A DNA stretch of 64,000 nucleotides. Origin: a virus (taxonomy: Duplodnaviria > Caudoviricetes). The notes beneath the pieces are model-generated. The model did not search any database. It saw only the letters and a program-made list of their open reading frames with translations, and was not told the DNA's origin. This document shows, piece after piece, positions 18,056 through 26,705 of the stretch (positions are counted from its first letter, which is position 1; every line of letters starts with the position of its first letter). The position numbers and the translations under genes are program-made. The stretch lies in IMG/VR virus record IMGVR_UViG_2915264867_000002, positions 22,942 to 86,941 of that record. One strand, written 5' to 3'.

Positions 18056-19509
18056 CCGTCGATGCACCACTGCGCGAGGTCGAAGACGCCTTCGTTGCGA
18101 CTGTCGGTGCGTCGATGATGGGCACGCCGCACCAACCTGCGGCGCCGGCCGAAATTACCCTCGGCCCCGATGTATTCGAATTCGATAGCGAGTTCCAGAC
18201 CAAGATTGTCGTCCACGCCCTACGCAACCTGGACTTCATGCGCAAGACGGCGCACCTGCTCAAGCCGGATTATTTTGAGAACGCTGGCGAGGCAGCGATG
18301 GTCAATATCGCCATTCGCTACTTCCAGCGCTATAGCACGGTCCCGACTGCGATCATTGCTGGCACGATGCTCAAGGAGGACATCGCAAACAAGGTGATCC
18401 GCTCCGACATCAAATCGGTGACGATCGAGGCTTGTCGTGAAGCGTACAAGCCAGGCGCTGACCTGTCCGACGGCTCCGCAATTGCTGAGCGGGTTGCTGA
18501 GTTCGCGCAGCACCAAGCAATGGCAGCAACCATTCTTGAATCAGTGGATCTGCTGGGCAAGGGGCAATTCGACAAGATTCGCGAAAAGGTGAAGGCTGCA
18601 TACGAGGTGGGCCTGAACCTCAACGGCGACGAGTACGACTACTTCAAGCGCCTGGAAGAACGCACCAACGAGCGCAACGACCGGAAGATGGGAATCCTGC
18701 CACCGCAGGGCATCACCACCGGCCATAAGATCATCGACGACCTGCTGTATCACCGCGGCTGGGGCCGCAAGGAACTGTCGATCATCCTGGGCGGCGCCAA
18801 GTCGGGGAAAACGACCGCGCTGATCAACTTCGCCAAGTCGGCCGTGCTGACCGGCAAGAACGTTCTGTATGTGACCTGTGAGGTGGCCGCCAAGATCATT
18901 TCGGAGCGTCTGGATGCAACCATGTCCGACACCGAAATAAAGCTGCTGGTGGACAGAATGCATGACGTAGCGAGCCGGATCAAAGCGCACATGCCGCGAT
19001 CGGGCCAGCTGCAGATCGCTGAATACCCTTCGGGCACGCTCACGCCCTCCATGCTGCGCGCCAAGATCGAGTCGTACAAGTCTCCAATGCTGCAACCGGA
19101 TGGCACCGTCAGACCTGCGATTCAGTTCGACATGGTTGTGGTCGACTACGCGGACATTATGGCGCCCGACCACCGCACCACCGACTCCATCGAGAACAGC
19201 AAGTCCGTCTACCTTGCGCTGCGCGCGATCGCATCCGAAGAGAACGTCGCGATGCTGTCGGCCACCCAGACCAATCGGGAAGGCCACCAGGCGACTGTAG
19301 CAAAGGCCAGCCACGTCGCTGACGACTTCAACAAGGTGCGGACGGTGGACATCATGATCTCGATCAACGTCACCGATGAGGAGCGCGCCGCAGGCGAGGC
19401 CCGGCTGTACTTCGCAGCCTCCCGTAACCAGGAGGGCGGCTTCACCATTTTCATTAAGCAGGAACTGGCCAAGATGAAGTTCATCGCCAGCATCGTGAGG
19501 ATCGAATAG
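18052..19509 (+). CDS. dnaB: Replicative SF4 helicase (DnaB/T4 gp41-like)
   Basis: Walker A GGAKSGKT, VVDYAD, SATQTNR, AASRN; ATGA overlap with Hfq-like gene. Confidence 0.9.
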   Translation: MTVDAPLREVEDAFVATVGASMMGTPHQPAAPAEITLGPDVFEFDSEFQTKIVVHALRNLDFMRKTAHLLKPDYFENAGEAAMVNIAIRYFQRYSTVPTAIIAGTMLKEDIANKVIRSDIKSVTIEACREAYKPGADLSDGSAIAERVAEFAQHQAMAATILESVDLLGKGQFDKIREKVKAAYEVGLNLNGDEYDYFKRLEERTNERNDRKMGILPPQGITTGHKIIDDLLYHRGWGRKELSIILGGAKSGKTTALINFAKSAVLTGKNVLYVTCEVAAKIISERLDATMSDTEIKLLVDRMHDVASRIKAHMPRSGQLQIAEYPSGTLTPSMLRAKIESYKSPMLQPDGTVRPAIQFDMVVVDYADIMAPDHRTTDSIENSKSVYLALRAIASEENVAMLSATQTNREGHQATVAKASHVADDFNKVRTVDIMISINVTDEERAAGEARLYFAASRNQEGGFTIFIKQELAKMKFIASIVRIE

Positions 19510-19510
19510 G

Positions 19511-19756
19511 ATGAGGCTCATCTGGGATCGCTCCAAAGGTCTGTCCGGCATCGAGTTCTGGATCGGACCGCGTGTACTTGTGCTGGCGCAGCTATCGACA
19601 ACACTGTGGTGGAATCGCTTACCCGGCGACGAGAAGTGTTACAGCATCGCAACGCTCTGCTGGCACACTCGAGGTGACACACCTGGCGTGACGGTGCTTT
19701 CCCTGATCGTCCTGTGGGCGTGCCTGCGCGTGGGCATTGATCGAGGCGTCAAATGA
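19511..19756 (+). CDS. Hypothetical protein
   Basis: Fits between helicase and primase with ATGA overlap. Confidence 0.55.
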   Translation: MRLIWDRSKGLSGIEFWIGPRVLVLAQLSTTLWWNRLPGDEKCYSIATLCWHTRGDTPGVTVLSLIVLWACLRVGIDRGVK

Positions 19757-20853
19757 CGTCCGTCCATATCAGTCGGCGCGGCGGCAGTGACGAGCTGCAG
19801 GAAGTGCTGGCCACCATCGACATCGAAGCCTGGATGGACCGCGAGGGCATCAAATACCGGAACACTCGCGGCAGCCGCGGCGCCCAGCTCAACGTCAAGG
19901 AGTGCCCTTGCTGCGGCAACACCAACTACAAGGTGTACATCAACGCCAGCTCAGGCCTGGGCAACTGCTTCGTGGGCGACTGCGAGGTCAAGTTCAACAA
20001 GTGGAAGTTCATCAGCGCGACGCTTGGCGGCTCGACCCGAGAAGCCATCGAGCACGTCAAGGCGGTGGCGCGCGAACAGGGCTGGCGCCCGCCCAGAAAG
20101 GCCGCAGCCGTTTCCGTAGTACGCGGCGACCTGACGCTGCCGGAGTCGGTACCACTGCCGCACGGCGGCCGCAACCTGAAATACCTGGACAACCGCAATA
20201 TCGGCGCGGAGATAGCGGCGTACTTTGAGCTTCGCATGTCCGTACGCGGCAAGTTCGACTATCTCACCGAAGATGGCGATCCGATGAGCCAGGACTACGC
20301 CAACCGGGTGATCATTCCGATCTTCGACCTGGAGGGCAAGCTGGTGTCGTTCCAGGGGCGCGACATCACAGGCACGGCAGACAAGAAGTACCTGTTCCCG
20401 CCAGGGTTCGCCAGCACCGGTGAGCACCTGTACAACGGCCACAACGCGATCGGGGCGGAGCATGTGGTCATCGGCGAAGGCGTGTTCGACGTAGCGGCGA
20501 TCAAGGTCGCTCTCGACCAGGACGTGAATCTGCGTGAGGTGGTACCGGTGGGAGGCTTCGGCAAGAACCTTTCCGTCGGCGACGAAAAGAGCCAGCTTGC
20601 CAAGCTCATGCGGTTGCGGATGTTCGGACTGAAGATCATCACGATCATGTGGGACGGCGAGGCGCGCGCACTGCAGGATGCGGTCAGGACTGCGCTCATG
20701 CTTAAGAGCGTCGGCTTTATCGCCAGGGTGGCAGTGCTGCCCAAGGACAAAGACCCGAACGAGGTAACGGCAGTCGAGGTGCGAAACGCTTTCTACCGGG
20801 CCGAAGCGGTAACGCCGGCATTGGCCACGAAACTACTTCTGGCACGCCGTTAA
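19753..20853 (+). CDS. DNA primase (Zn finger + TOPRIM)
   Basis: ECPCCG...C..DC; FQGRDI; IGEGVFD; MWDGE. Confidence 0.85.
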   Translation: MTSVHISRRGGSDELQEVLATIDIEAWMDREGIKYRNTRGSRGAQLNVKECPCCGNTNYKVYINASSGLGNCFVGDCEVKFNKWKFISATLGGSTREAIEHVKAVAREQGWRPPRKAAAVSVVRGDLTLPESVPLPHGGRNLKYLDNRNIGAEIAAYFELRMSVRGKFDYLTEDGDPMSQDYANRVIIPIFDLEGKLVSFQGRDITGTADKKYLFPPGFASTGEHLYNGHNAIGAEHVVIGEGVFDVAAIKVALDQDVNLREVVPVGGFGKNLSVGDEKSQLAKLMRLRMFGLKIITIMWDGEARALQDAVRTALMLKSVGFIARVAVLPKDKDPNEVTAVEVRNAFYRAEAVTPALATKLLLARR

Positions 20854-20867
20854 TTTATCCAAAAAGA

Positions 20868-20885
20868 TATGTCATTACTGACTTA
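20868..20885. promoter_or_regulatory. 18-bp box variant TATGTCATTACTGACTTA
   Basis: Read directly. Confidence 0.75.
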
Positions 20886-20955
20886 TCTATCCAGCGCTCA
20901 GTGCGTAAGATTTAGAGATCAAAGGGCGCAACGTAGCGCAGCGGGGGAATAAGCA

Positions 20956-21429
20956 GTGACTTACACAATTCATACAGAGTACTTAGAGCACAGCGGCGGC
21001 ACTAAGTTCTACGAGGTGGTGCTGATCAATGAGGAGCCTGACGGCCCGTGCATTTTGCTTAAACGCTTCGGCAAGCTTGCTGACAGGATCGGCGGCGGCC
21101 AAGTTCAAATCAGTCGCGGAAATCTGAACGCTTGCCTGGACGAATATCAGAAAACGCTTCACGCCAAGCGCAAAGGGAAGTCGGGCCAAGGGCATTACGC
21201 AAGCGTAGAGCGACCCGAATACGGCCTCCACAAGCGCAACGGCAAAAGCATCTTCGGGGTCGCGCTGCACAAGTACACGGAGGAGCACTACCCAAGCCAG
21301 CACGCCGCGTCGATCTTTTCCTATTTCGACCTCAAGACTGAGGGCTACGACGAGCCGCCGGCCGACATCGAAGCTGACGACGCGAAGCCGGAAGCGGCCG
21401 CAACTGACGCCTCCTGGGGGAGCTGGTGA
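20956..21429 (+). CDS. WGR-like domain protein
   Basis: GGTKFYEVVLI...LLKRFGK...GQVQ resembles the WGR pattern. Confidence 0.5.
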   Translation: MTYTIHTEYLEHSGGTKFYEVVLINEEPDGPCILLKRFGKLADRIGGGQVQISRGNLNACLDEYQKTLHAKRKGKSGQGHYASVERPEYGLHKRNGKSIFGVALHKYTEEHYPSQHAASIFSYFDLKTEGYDEPPADIEADDAKPEAAATDASWGSW

Positions 21430-21620
21430 TGGTGACGCAACCGGTAATCGAACTGCTGCCGCGTCTCTCGCCAGCTGTGCAAGAAATCATTCGTCTGGAT
21501 CTCATCCAGGCAGTGGGAAATGCTCTGCGTTTGCGCCAGCGCGAGAAGAACGAAACGGCAGAGCTTGAGGAATTCCTCGCTGAGCAAGAAAAGCTTGGCG
21601 AGCAGTGGGGATCTTTTTAA
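21426..21620 (+). CDS. Hypothetical protein
   Basis: Coupled ORF, 64 aa. Confidence 0.55.
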   Translation: MMVTQPVIELLPRLSPAVQEIIRLDLIQAVGNALRLRQREKNETAELEEFLAEQEKLGEQWGSF

Positions 21621-21629
21621 AGGAACATC

Positions 21630-22292
21630 ATGATCAACGAACAAATCCAGCATGACACGCACCACCTGCCGGCAGCCAGCGCCGGCGGCAACAACGCCTA
21701 TTACCTTAAAGGCTGCGACACGGTCCAGCGCAGCCCATCGTACGCCGCCTGCCTATTCAAGATCGTCGAGATCGAGGCAGGCCGCGAAACCGATTACAAC
21801 CGGGAATGCGGCGTCGCCATCCGCTCGCGCCAGTGCCGCGCGGTAGGCATGCACCAGGAAGAGCAATTAAAGGGCCAGGCGCTGTACTTCTTCCCGCGCA
21901 AGAAGGCGCACCTGCCGATGAAGGTTACTGGTGATTTTGGCGTCCCGATCACCAACCTCACCGACCCGGCTCTCATTCCGAGCGATCGTGCGCCTGTACA
22001 GCGTTCTGCGCCGCTGAGCAAGCCAAAACCAGCAGCTATTCCCGATGTGTTGGGCTTGCCTCAAGACGGCTACGCCGCCGCAATCAACGCCGCCATTGCT
22101 GCCGCGCCACCTGCACCTGCACCTGCACCTGCACCAGCACCAGCGCCAGTACAAGCAACCGCCGCACCGGTACCGCAGGCCAAGCCAGCTCTCGCCGCGC
22201 ATGTAGCGCCGGCCGCGCGCCCTGCCCTGCAGCCAGGCGAAACCCCTTTGCAGTACGCCCGCCGCTTGGCGGCACTTAAAAACCCAACCTAA
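21630..22292 (+). CDS. Hypothetical protein, Cys-containing N-domain and Pro/Ala-rich tail
   Basis: SD AAGGA; (CCTGCA)n repeat at 22110-22145. Confidence 0.65.
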   Translation: MINEQIQHDTHHLPAASAGGNNAYYLKGCDTVQRSPSYAACLFKIVEIEAGRETDYNRECGVAIRSRQCRAVGMHQEEQLKGQALYFFPRKKAHLPMKVTGDFGVPITNLTDPALIPSDRAPVQRSAPLSKPKPAAIPDVLGLPQDGYAAAINAAIAAAPPAPAPAPAPAPAPVQATAAPVPQAKPALAAHVAPAARPALQPGETPLQYARRLAALKNPT

Positions 22293-22301
22293 GAGGAATA
22301 C

Positions 22302-23714
22302 ATGGAAGTCCAAATGAACACAGACGAAGTCTTTGGCCTGATCGAAGCCATCGCCAACACGCCAGGCAAGAACGACAAGCTGGCCATGCTCAAGAAGTGC
22401 TCGAGCAGCGCCACATTAAAGCGCGTGCTCAAGATGGCGAACGACCCGCTCATCAGCTACGGCATTCGCAAAGTGCCGGCCCGGACCGCGCTGCGTGATA
22501 CAGGCGAACTGTTCAACGACCGTACGTGGGAGATCCTGGACTCGATGAGCAACCGTACGCTGACCGGTAGCGCAATGCAGTCGGCGATCGCGTACGAAAT
22601 TGACCGCCTGTCGCTGTACTCGGCAGAATTGTTCAAGCGCATCATGCTCAAGGACATGCGCGCCGGCTTCGCCGAAGAATCGACCAACAAGACCTGGCCA
22701 GGACTGCTGCCGGACTTTCCGTACATGCGCTGCTCACTGCCCAAACACGCGAAAATGGCGGACTGGGATTGGGCCGCTGGCGTGTTCTCGCAAGAGAAGG
22801 CCGACGGCATGTTCACCAACGTCAACCACGAAGTCACCGGCGCCGTCTTCATGTACAGCCGTCAGGGTTCGATGTTCCCGATGGAGAGCTTCGGCGAGCT
22901 GGTCGACGCCATTCGCCTGACCCTAGCGCCAGGCACCCAGACGCACGGCGAAATGCTCGTCATGCGCGACGGCGCCGTGCTGGCGCGCGAGATCGGCAAC
23001 GGAATCCTCAACAGCGTGCTTCAGGGTGGTCAATTCGGACCCAGCGAGAAACCGATCTTCATGGCGTGGGACCAAATCCCTCTGGCCTCGGTTGTTCCGA
23101 AAGGCTCGTTCGAAACGCCGTACCGCGATCGCCTGCGCGTACTGCTGGGCCAGATCACGGCGGCACACTCGCCGGTGATCAAGCTCGTGCCGACCCGCTT
23201 GGTGCGCTCCCTCAAGGAAGCGTACGCCCACTACGCAGAACTGCTGGCAAAGGGCAAAGAAGGCACCATCGTTAAGAACCCGGTCGCAATCTGGCGCGAC
23301 GGCACCAGTAAGGACCAGGTCAAGCTGAAGCTGGAGTTCGAGCTGGATATGGAAGTGACCGCGGTGGTGCTGGGCAAGGCCAACAAGAAAACGGCTGGCC
23401 GGCCTGGCTCCCTGACTTGCTCGACCGCCGGCGGCATGCTCGTGACCGACGTGGCGATCAAGGGCGAAGCCATGCGCGACGATGTAGAAGCGAACCCCGA
23501 AAAATACGTCGGTGCGATCATGCCCGTCACGGCCAATATGATTCTGCGCCCTTCCCAGTCGAACCCGCTGCATTCGCTGTTCCTGCCGCGCTTCTCCCAG
23601 TCGACGCCACGCATGGACAAGACGGTGGCCGACTCGCTCGAGCGCGCCTTTGAAATCGAAGATGCAGCTAAAGAAGGCGCGGCCATCAACGAAGAAATGA
23701 AGGCCGCAGCATGA
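22302..23714 (+). CDS. lig: ATP-dependent DNA ligase
   Basis: QEKADG adenylation motif, THGEM, AWD, EGTIVKN, VKLKLE. Confidence 0.9.
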   Translation: MEVQMNTDEVFGLIEAIANTPGKNDKLAMLKKCSSSATLKRVLKMANDPLISYGIRKVPARTALRDTGELFNDRTWEILDSMSNRTLTGSAMQSAIAYEIDRLSLYSAELFKRIMLKDMRAGFAEESTNKTWPGLLPDFPYMRCSLPKHAKMADWDWAAGVFSQEKADGMFTNVNHEVTGAVFMYSRQGSMFPMESFGELVDAIRLTLAPGTQTHGEMLVMRDGAVLAREIGNGILNSVLQGGQFGPSEKPIFMAWDQIPLASVVPKGSFETPYRDRLRVLLGQITAAHSPVIKLVPTRLVRSLKEAYAHYAELLAKGKEGTIVKNPVAIWRDGTSKDQVKLKLEFELDMEVTAVVLGKANKKTAGRPGSLTCSTAGGMLVTDVAIKGEAMRDDVEANPEKYVGAIMPVTANMILRPSQSNPLHSLFLPRFSQSTPRMDKTVADSLERAFEIEDAAKEGAAINEEMKAAA

Positions 23715-24049
23715 ACATCACGGTACAGGAACTGGTTGCAGCGTTCATCGAAACCGGCCAATCGCTTCAATGGCTGAGCGTTGGCAAAGACCGTGAGCGC
23801 ATGCCATGCACCGCCGGCACATTCGGGCTGGAAAAGATCGTCAAGGCCTTTGAAGTAGCGCTGCTGAAAAAGAGCGTGCGCACCGACGAAGAATTGGCCC
23901 TCATTGAGCGTGCGCGCGAGAAGTATGCAGTGCCGTCCGACGACGATGTTTTGATCAACGACGACGCGAAGGTGTCAAAGGCGGGCGACGAAGGCGTGTG
24001 GGTAGAAGCGTATGTGTTCTTGCGCAACGGTGAATCGAATGACGCCTGA
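23711..24049 (+). CDS. Hypothetical protein
   Basis: ATGA-coupled. Confidence 0.6.
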   Translation: MNITVQELVAAFIETGQSLQWLSVGKDRERMPCTAGTFGLEKIVKAFEVALLKKSVRTDEELALIERAREKYAVPSDDDVLINDDAKVSKAGDEGVWVEAYVFLRNGESNDA

Positions 24050-24224
24050 GCGATTCCAAGCCCTCAAGGCCACGATGCCCTGGACCAACCACGACATCAT
24101 CATGGGGCGGCAAACCCGGATCTCTGTTCGGGATCGCTTCGGTAACGAAGTTCCACTGCTCGACATGGTGGACTTCGTCAAACACATCACCGCGCACCTG
24201 GCCCGCCAGGGCGAGAAAGGATAA
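24039..24224 (+). CDS. Hypothetical protein
   Basis: ATG 24039 in ORF 24012-24224. Confidence 0.5.
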   Translation: MTPERFQALKATMPWTNHDIIMGRQTRISVRDRFGNEVPLLDMVDFVKHITAHLARQGEKG

Positions 24225-24226
24225 CC

Positions 24227-24886
24227 GTGGGCCGCATCGTCGCAATCACAGGGCCGTCTTTCAGTGGCAAGTCCACGCTGGCGCACCTGCTTGGGCATCG
24301 CGGCTTCGGCCGCGTTCTCGCCTCGCTCACCCCAGGCGCCGACGGTAATACCGCCGACGGCATCGATCACCGCGTCATGCAGGCGCGCGACTTCAACAAC
24401 CTGGTCGCCGCCGGCCAGATGGTCATCGCGATCAACATGGGCGCGCAATCGTTCGGCGTTTCGGCGAAGGAGATCGAGGCCGCCCAGCTGGAAAGTGAGA
24501 ATGTGGTGATCGTGTGCGAACCGGCCGGCATCAGGCAGCTTGACGCCTGGTGTAAGCAGCGATCGGAGATATCGCTCACGCGCGTGTTCTTGGACAACCC
24601 GTCTCAGTTCATTAACCAGCGCTTCCTCGAGCGGGCAACGGAAGAGATCATGCGTTCGCGTATGGCCGGCGCCAGCGTTCAAAACCGCGTGCTCAAGCAC
24701 TATGCCGAACTCATGAAGGTAATGGCCACGACTGAGAACGAATGGCGCAATCAAGCATATTTCCAGGTCGATGAAGATTCTGCCGGCGGCTCGTTCCGCT
24801 TCGATTACGTGATCTCTCGCTTCGACACTTTCAACGCGAAGGAAATAGCCGACCAGATCGCAAAAGGCCTGCCAGCTTTTTGCTGA
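24227..24886 (+). CDS. Guanylate/dNMP kinase-like P-loop protein
   Basis: IVAITGPSFSGKST; ADGIDH resembles the GMK E.DG.DY motif. Confidence 0.7.
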   Translation: MGRIVAITGPSFSGKSTLAHLLGHRGFGRVLASLTPGADGNTADGIDHRVMQARDFNNLVAAGQMVIAINMGAQSFGVSAKEIEAAQLESENVVIVCEPAGIRQLDAWCKQRSEISLTRVFLDNPSQFINQRFLERATEEIMRSRMAGASVQNRVLKHYAELMKVMATTENEWRNQAYFQVDEDSAGGSFRFDYVISRFDTFNAKEIADQIAKGLPAFC

Positions 24887-24918
24887 ACTGATATCCTTCC
24901 GTGCTGGAGGAAACAACT

Positions 24919-25509
24919 ATGCCAGCACTGAAGGAAATCGTAGCCGACACGATCGGCACATCACTGCTCGCCGCCTCTCCCATGTGGGACCAGGCGGTCG
25001 ACAAAATTATCCCCGCACAAATTACAGCCTTCGTGGATCGCAACGCCGAGTTGGGCCTGCGTGACGCTGCGGAGTCGGCAATCAGTATCGCAATTGAGCG
25101 GGTAGCTGCGGCCGTCGACGCCGGCGCAATGCCGCGACCATCAATGCTGTCATACTCCCGTCCAGAAAAACAAGAAGTGTCGCGACAAGAGCTAACGGGT
25201 GGCATGCAGTACCTGGGTGATCTCCGAACGGCTATGGTTCTGTTCGCGCTGGAGACGGGGCTAGACGTCGCGGAGGTCTCTCAACTGACGTACCTACGCC
25301 TTAAGGCTCTTCGCATCGAGCGTCGGTTCAGCGTACTGGCGGAGGCATGCTTGGAATGCGCGCCGCCACGCCAGCTGTCATTGCAATATGTATTCTGGGA
25401 GAATTCGGAGCTTGGCATGCCGGCGCCAGTGTTTGGACTAGACGCCGATATCTTCGACGCATTTGGGATGGTCTGGGCGGAGCTAAATTACGCCTACCGT
25501 AATATGTAA
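24919..25509 (+). CDS. Tyrosine-recombinase-fold protein lacking catalytic residues
   Basis: LRTAMVLFALETGLDVAEVSQL matches box I (TG.R..E..L) with R replaced by D; no HxxR box II. Confidence 0.5.
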   Translation: MPALKEIVADTIGTSLLAASPMWDQAVDKIIPAQITAFVDRNAELGLRDAAESAISIAIERVAAAVDAGAMPRPSMLSYSRPEKQEVSRQELTGGMQYLGDLRTAMVLFALETGLDVAEVSQLTYLRLKALRIERRFSVLAEACLECAPPRQLSLQYVFWENSELGMPAPVFGLDADIFDAFGMVWAELNYAYRNM

Positions 25510-25516
25510 GACGTAG

Positions 25517-25541
25517 AAAAGGCGCCCAACGGGCGCCTTTT
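25517..25541. terminator. Bidirectional terminator between convergent genes
   Basis: AAAAGGCGCCC-AAC-GGGCGCCTTTT. Confidence 0.85.
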
Positions 25542-25558
25542 GCAGAGGCAAAAAAAAG

Positions 25559-26044
25559 TTATGATGGTTTCAGCGAAGAAACAACTTCCCGAAGTCTTTT
25601 TTTGTCTACCTCTGTCCGCAACTTTGGGTTAGGCACGCCACTTTCCCGAATCACTTCTATCATTTCAATCTCCGCCGCAGTTAGCACCGGCTGGTGTTTG
25701 AAAATCGTCTCGAAAGTCGCCCACAGATCAGGATCGTACTCAGCCACGCACAGCGTGAACAGATAGAACGGCTCGACATCCAAAGCTATCGCCATTGGAG
25801 CTATCTTTGCCATTGGCAACCTTGTCGCACCCGATTTAATCATCGAAATTACGTTTTGGGATTTGATGCCACAAGCCTTTGCTAGATCTTTTTGGGAAAT
25901 GCCTGTCAAGTTTATCAACGCTGCTAGGTATTCATGGACCAGCGGCTTTACTTTGTGGCTATATTTCCTGCCTATGTACTGAGTCTGTTGCTCATCTTGC
26001 TTTTCTGCAGCTACCTTGCCGGCATCCATTGCCATTGCGCTCAT
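25559..26044 (-). CDS. XRE-family HTH repressor-like protein
   Basis: GISQKDLAKACGIKSQNVISMIKSGATRLP HTH; divergent orientation as in phage immunity regions. Confidence 0.8.
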   Translation of the reverse strand: MSAMAMDAGKVAAEKQDEQQTQYIGRKYSHKVKPLVHEYLAALINLTGISQKDLAKACGIKSQNVISMIKSGATRLPMAKIAPMAIALDVEPFYLFTLCVAEYDPDLWATFETIFKHQPVLTAAEIEMIEVIRESGVPNPKLRTEVDKKRLREVVSSLKPS

Positions 26045-26231
26045 CGTTGAACTCCTTTAATTAAATTGGACAGTGTCACTCACTGCTGACTGAGTGTCAG
26101 ATCGTAATGATTATAGATTATACATCAGTACTTATTGACACTTGGGGATGTGTTAGGCCCCAACTTATGTGGATTTCGTGTGACTCCCGCTTCCATTTTA
26201 GCCCAAAATCCGTGACTTACAAGTGCAAAAG

Positions 26232-26249
26232 TAAGTCAATACTGAGCTA
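26232..26249. promoter_or_regulatory. 18-bp box TAAGTCAATACTGAGCTA overlapping TATAAT (26248-26253); degenerate copy at 26121-26138
   Basis: Read directly; in the divergent region upstream of the repressor. Confidence 0.8.
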
Positions 26250-26310
26250 TAATTGCAGCGATCAGTAGCGAAAGCTACCACGTCCAATACAAGACTAGGA
26301 GCAGCAAGAA

Positions 26311-26523
26311 ATGAGCGTCGAAGTGACACAGAGCAACACCGAACAAGCCGAGAAGTTCCAGATCGTAGACATCGACTTTGTGGCCGATATCCTCGCGGAG
26401 TCGCATATTTGCGAGACTGCAGACTTAGGAACCACACTGGTACACAAGGTAAAGCACCCAGTTCGTGGCATGCTCATCATCATCAACACCATCGGTTCTA
26501 AGCACATCGTATTGCCTGCTTAA
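26311..26523 (+). CDS. Hypothetical protein
   Basis: SD AGGAG, 70 aa. Confidence 0.6.
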   Translation: MSVEVTQSNTEQAEKFQIVDIDFVADILAESHICETADLGTTLVHKVKHPVRGMLIIINTIGSKHIVLPA

Positions 26524-26607
26524 CACGTCAAACATAAGTCAGTCCGTATGTATATCACGAATCGTTTGTTTTGCCGATTACATTTAGACCATTACTGAAT
26601 AAACTTA

Positions 26608-26658
26608 GGGCGATCGGAGCGATGCAACGTCAGCTTGCAGTTCCATATCGCTCTTTTT
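26608..26658 (+). ncRNA. Structured ~50-nt element ending in U5: candidate small RNA or complex terminator
   Basis: Nested stems GGGCGAT/ATCGCTC, GGA/TCC, TGCAA/TTGCA followed by TTTTT. Confidence 0.35.
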
Positions 26659-26672
26659 AAAATCAATATTCA

Positions 26673-26690
26673 TCAGTCAGTACTGACTTA
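26673..26690. promoter_or_regulatory. 18-bp box TCAGTCAGTACTGACTTA
   Basis: Read directly, just upstream of the cobT-like SD. Confidence 0.85.
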
Positions 26691-26705
26691 ACAAAGGGGA
26701 AGAAT

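Noticed and set aside
22110-22145. (CCTGCA)n repeats here and at 35449-35466 as phase-variation switches
   Set aside because: Hexamer units keep the frame and encode Pro-Ala linkers.
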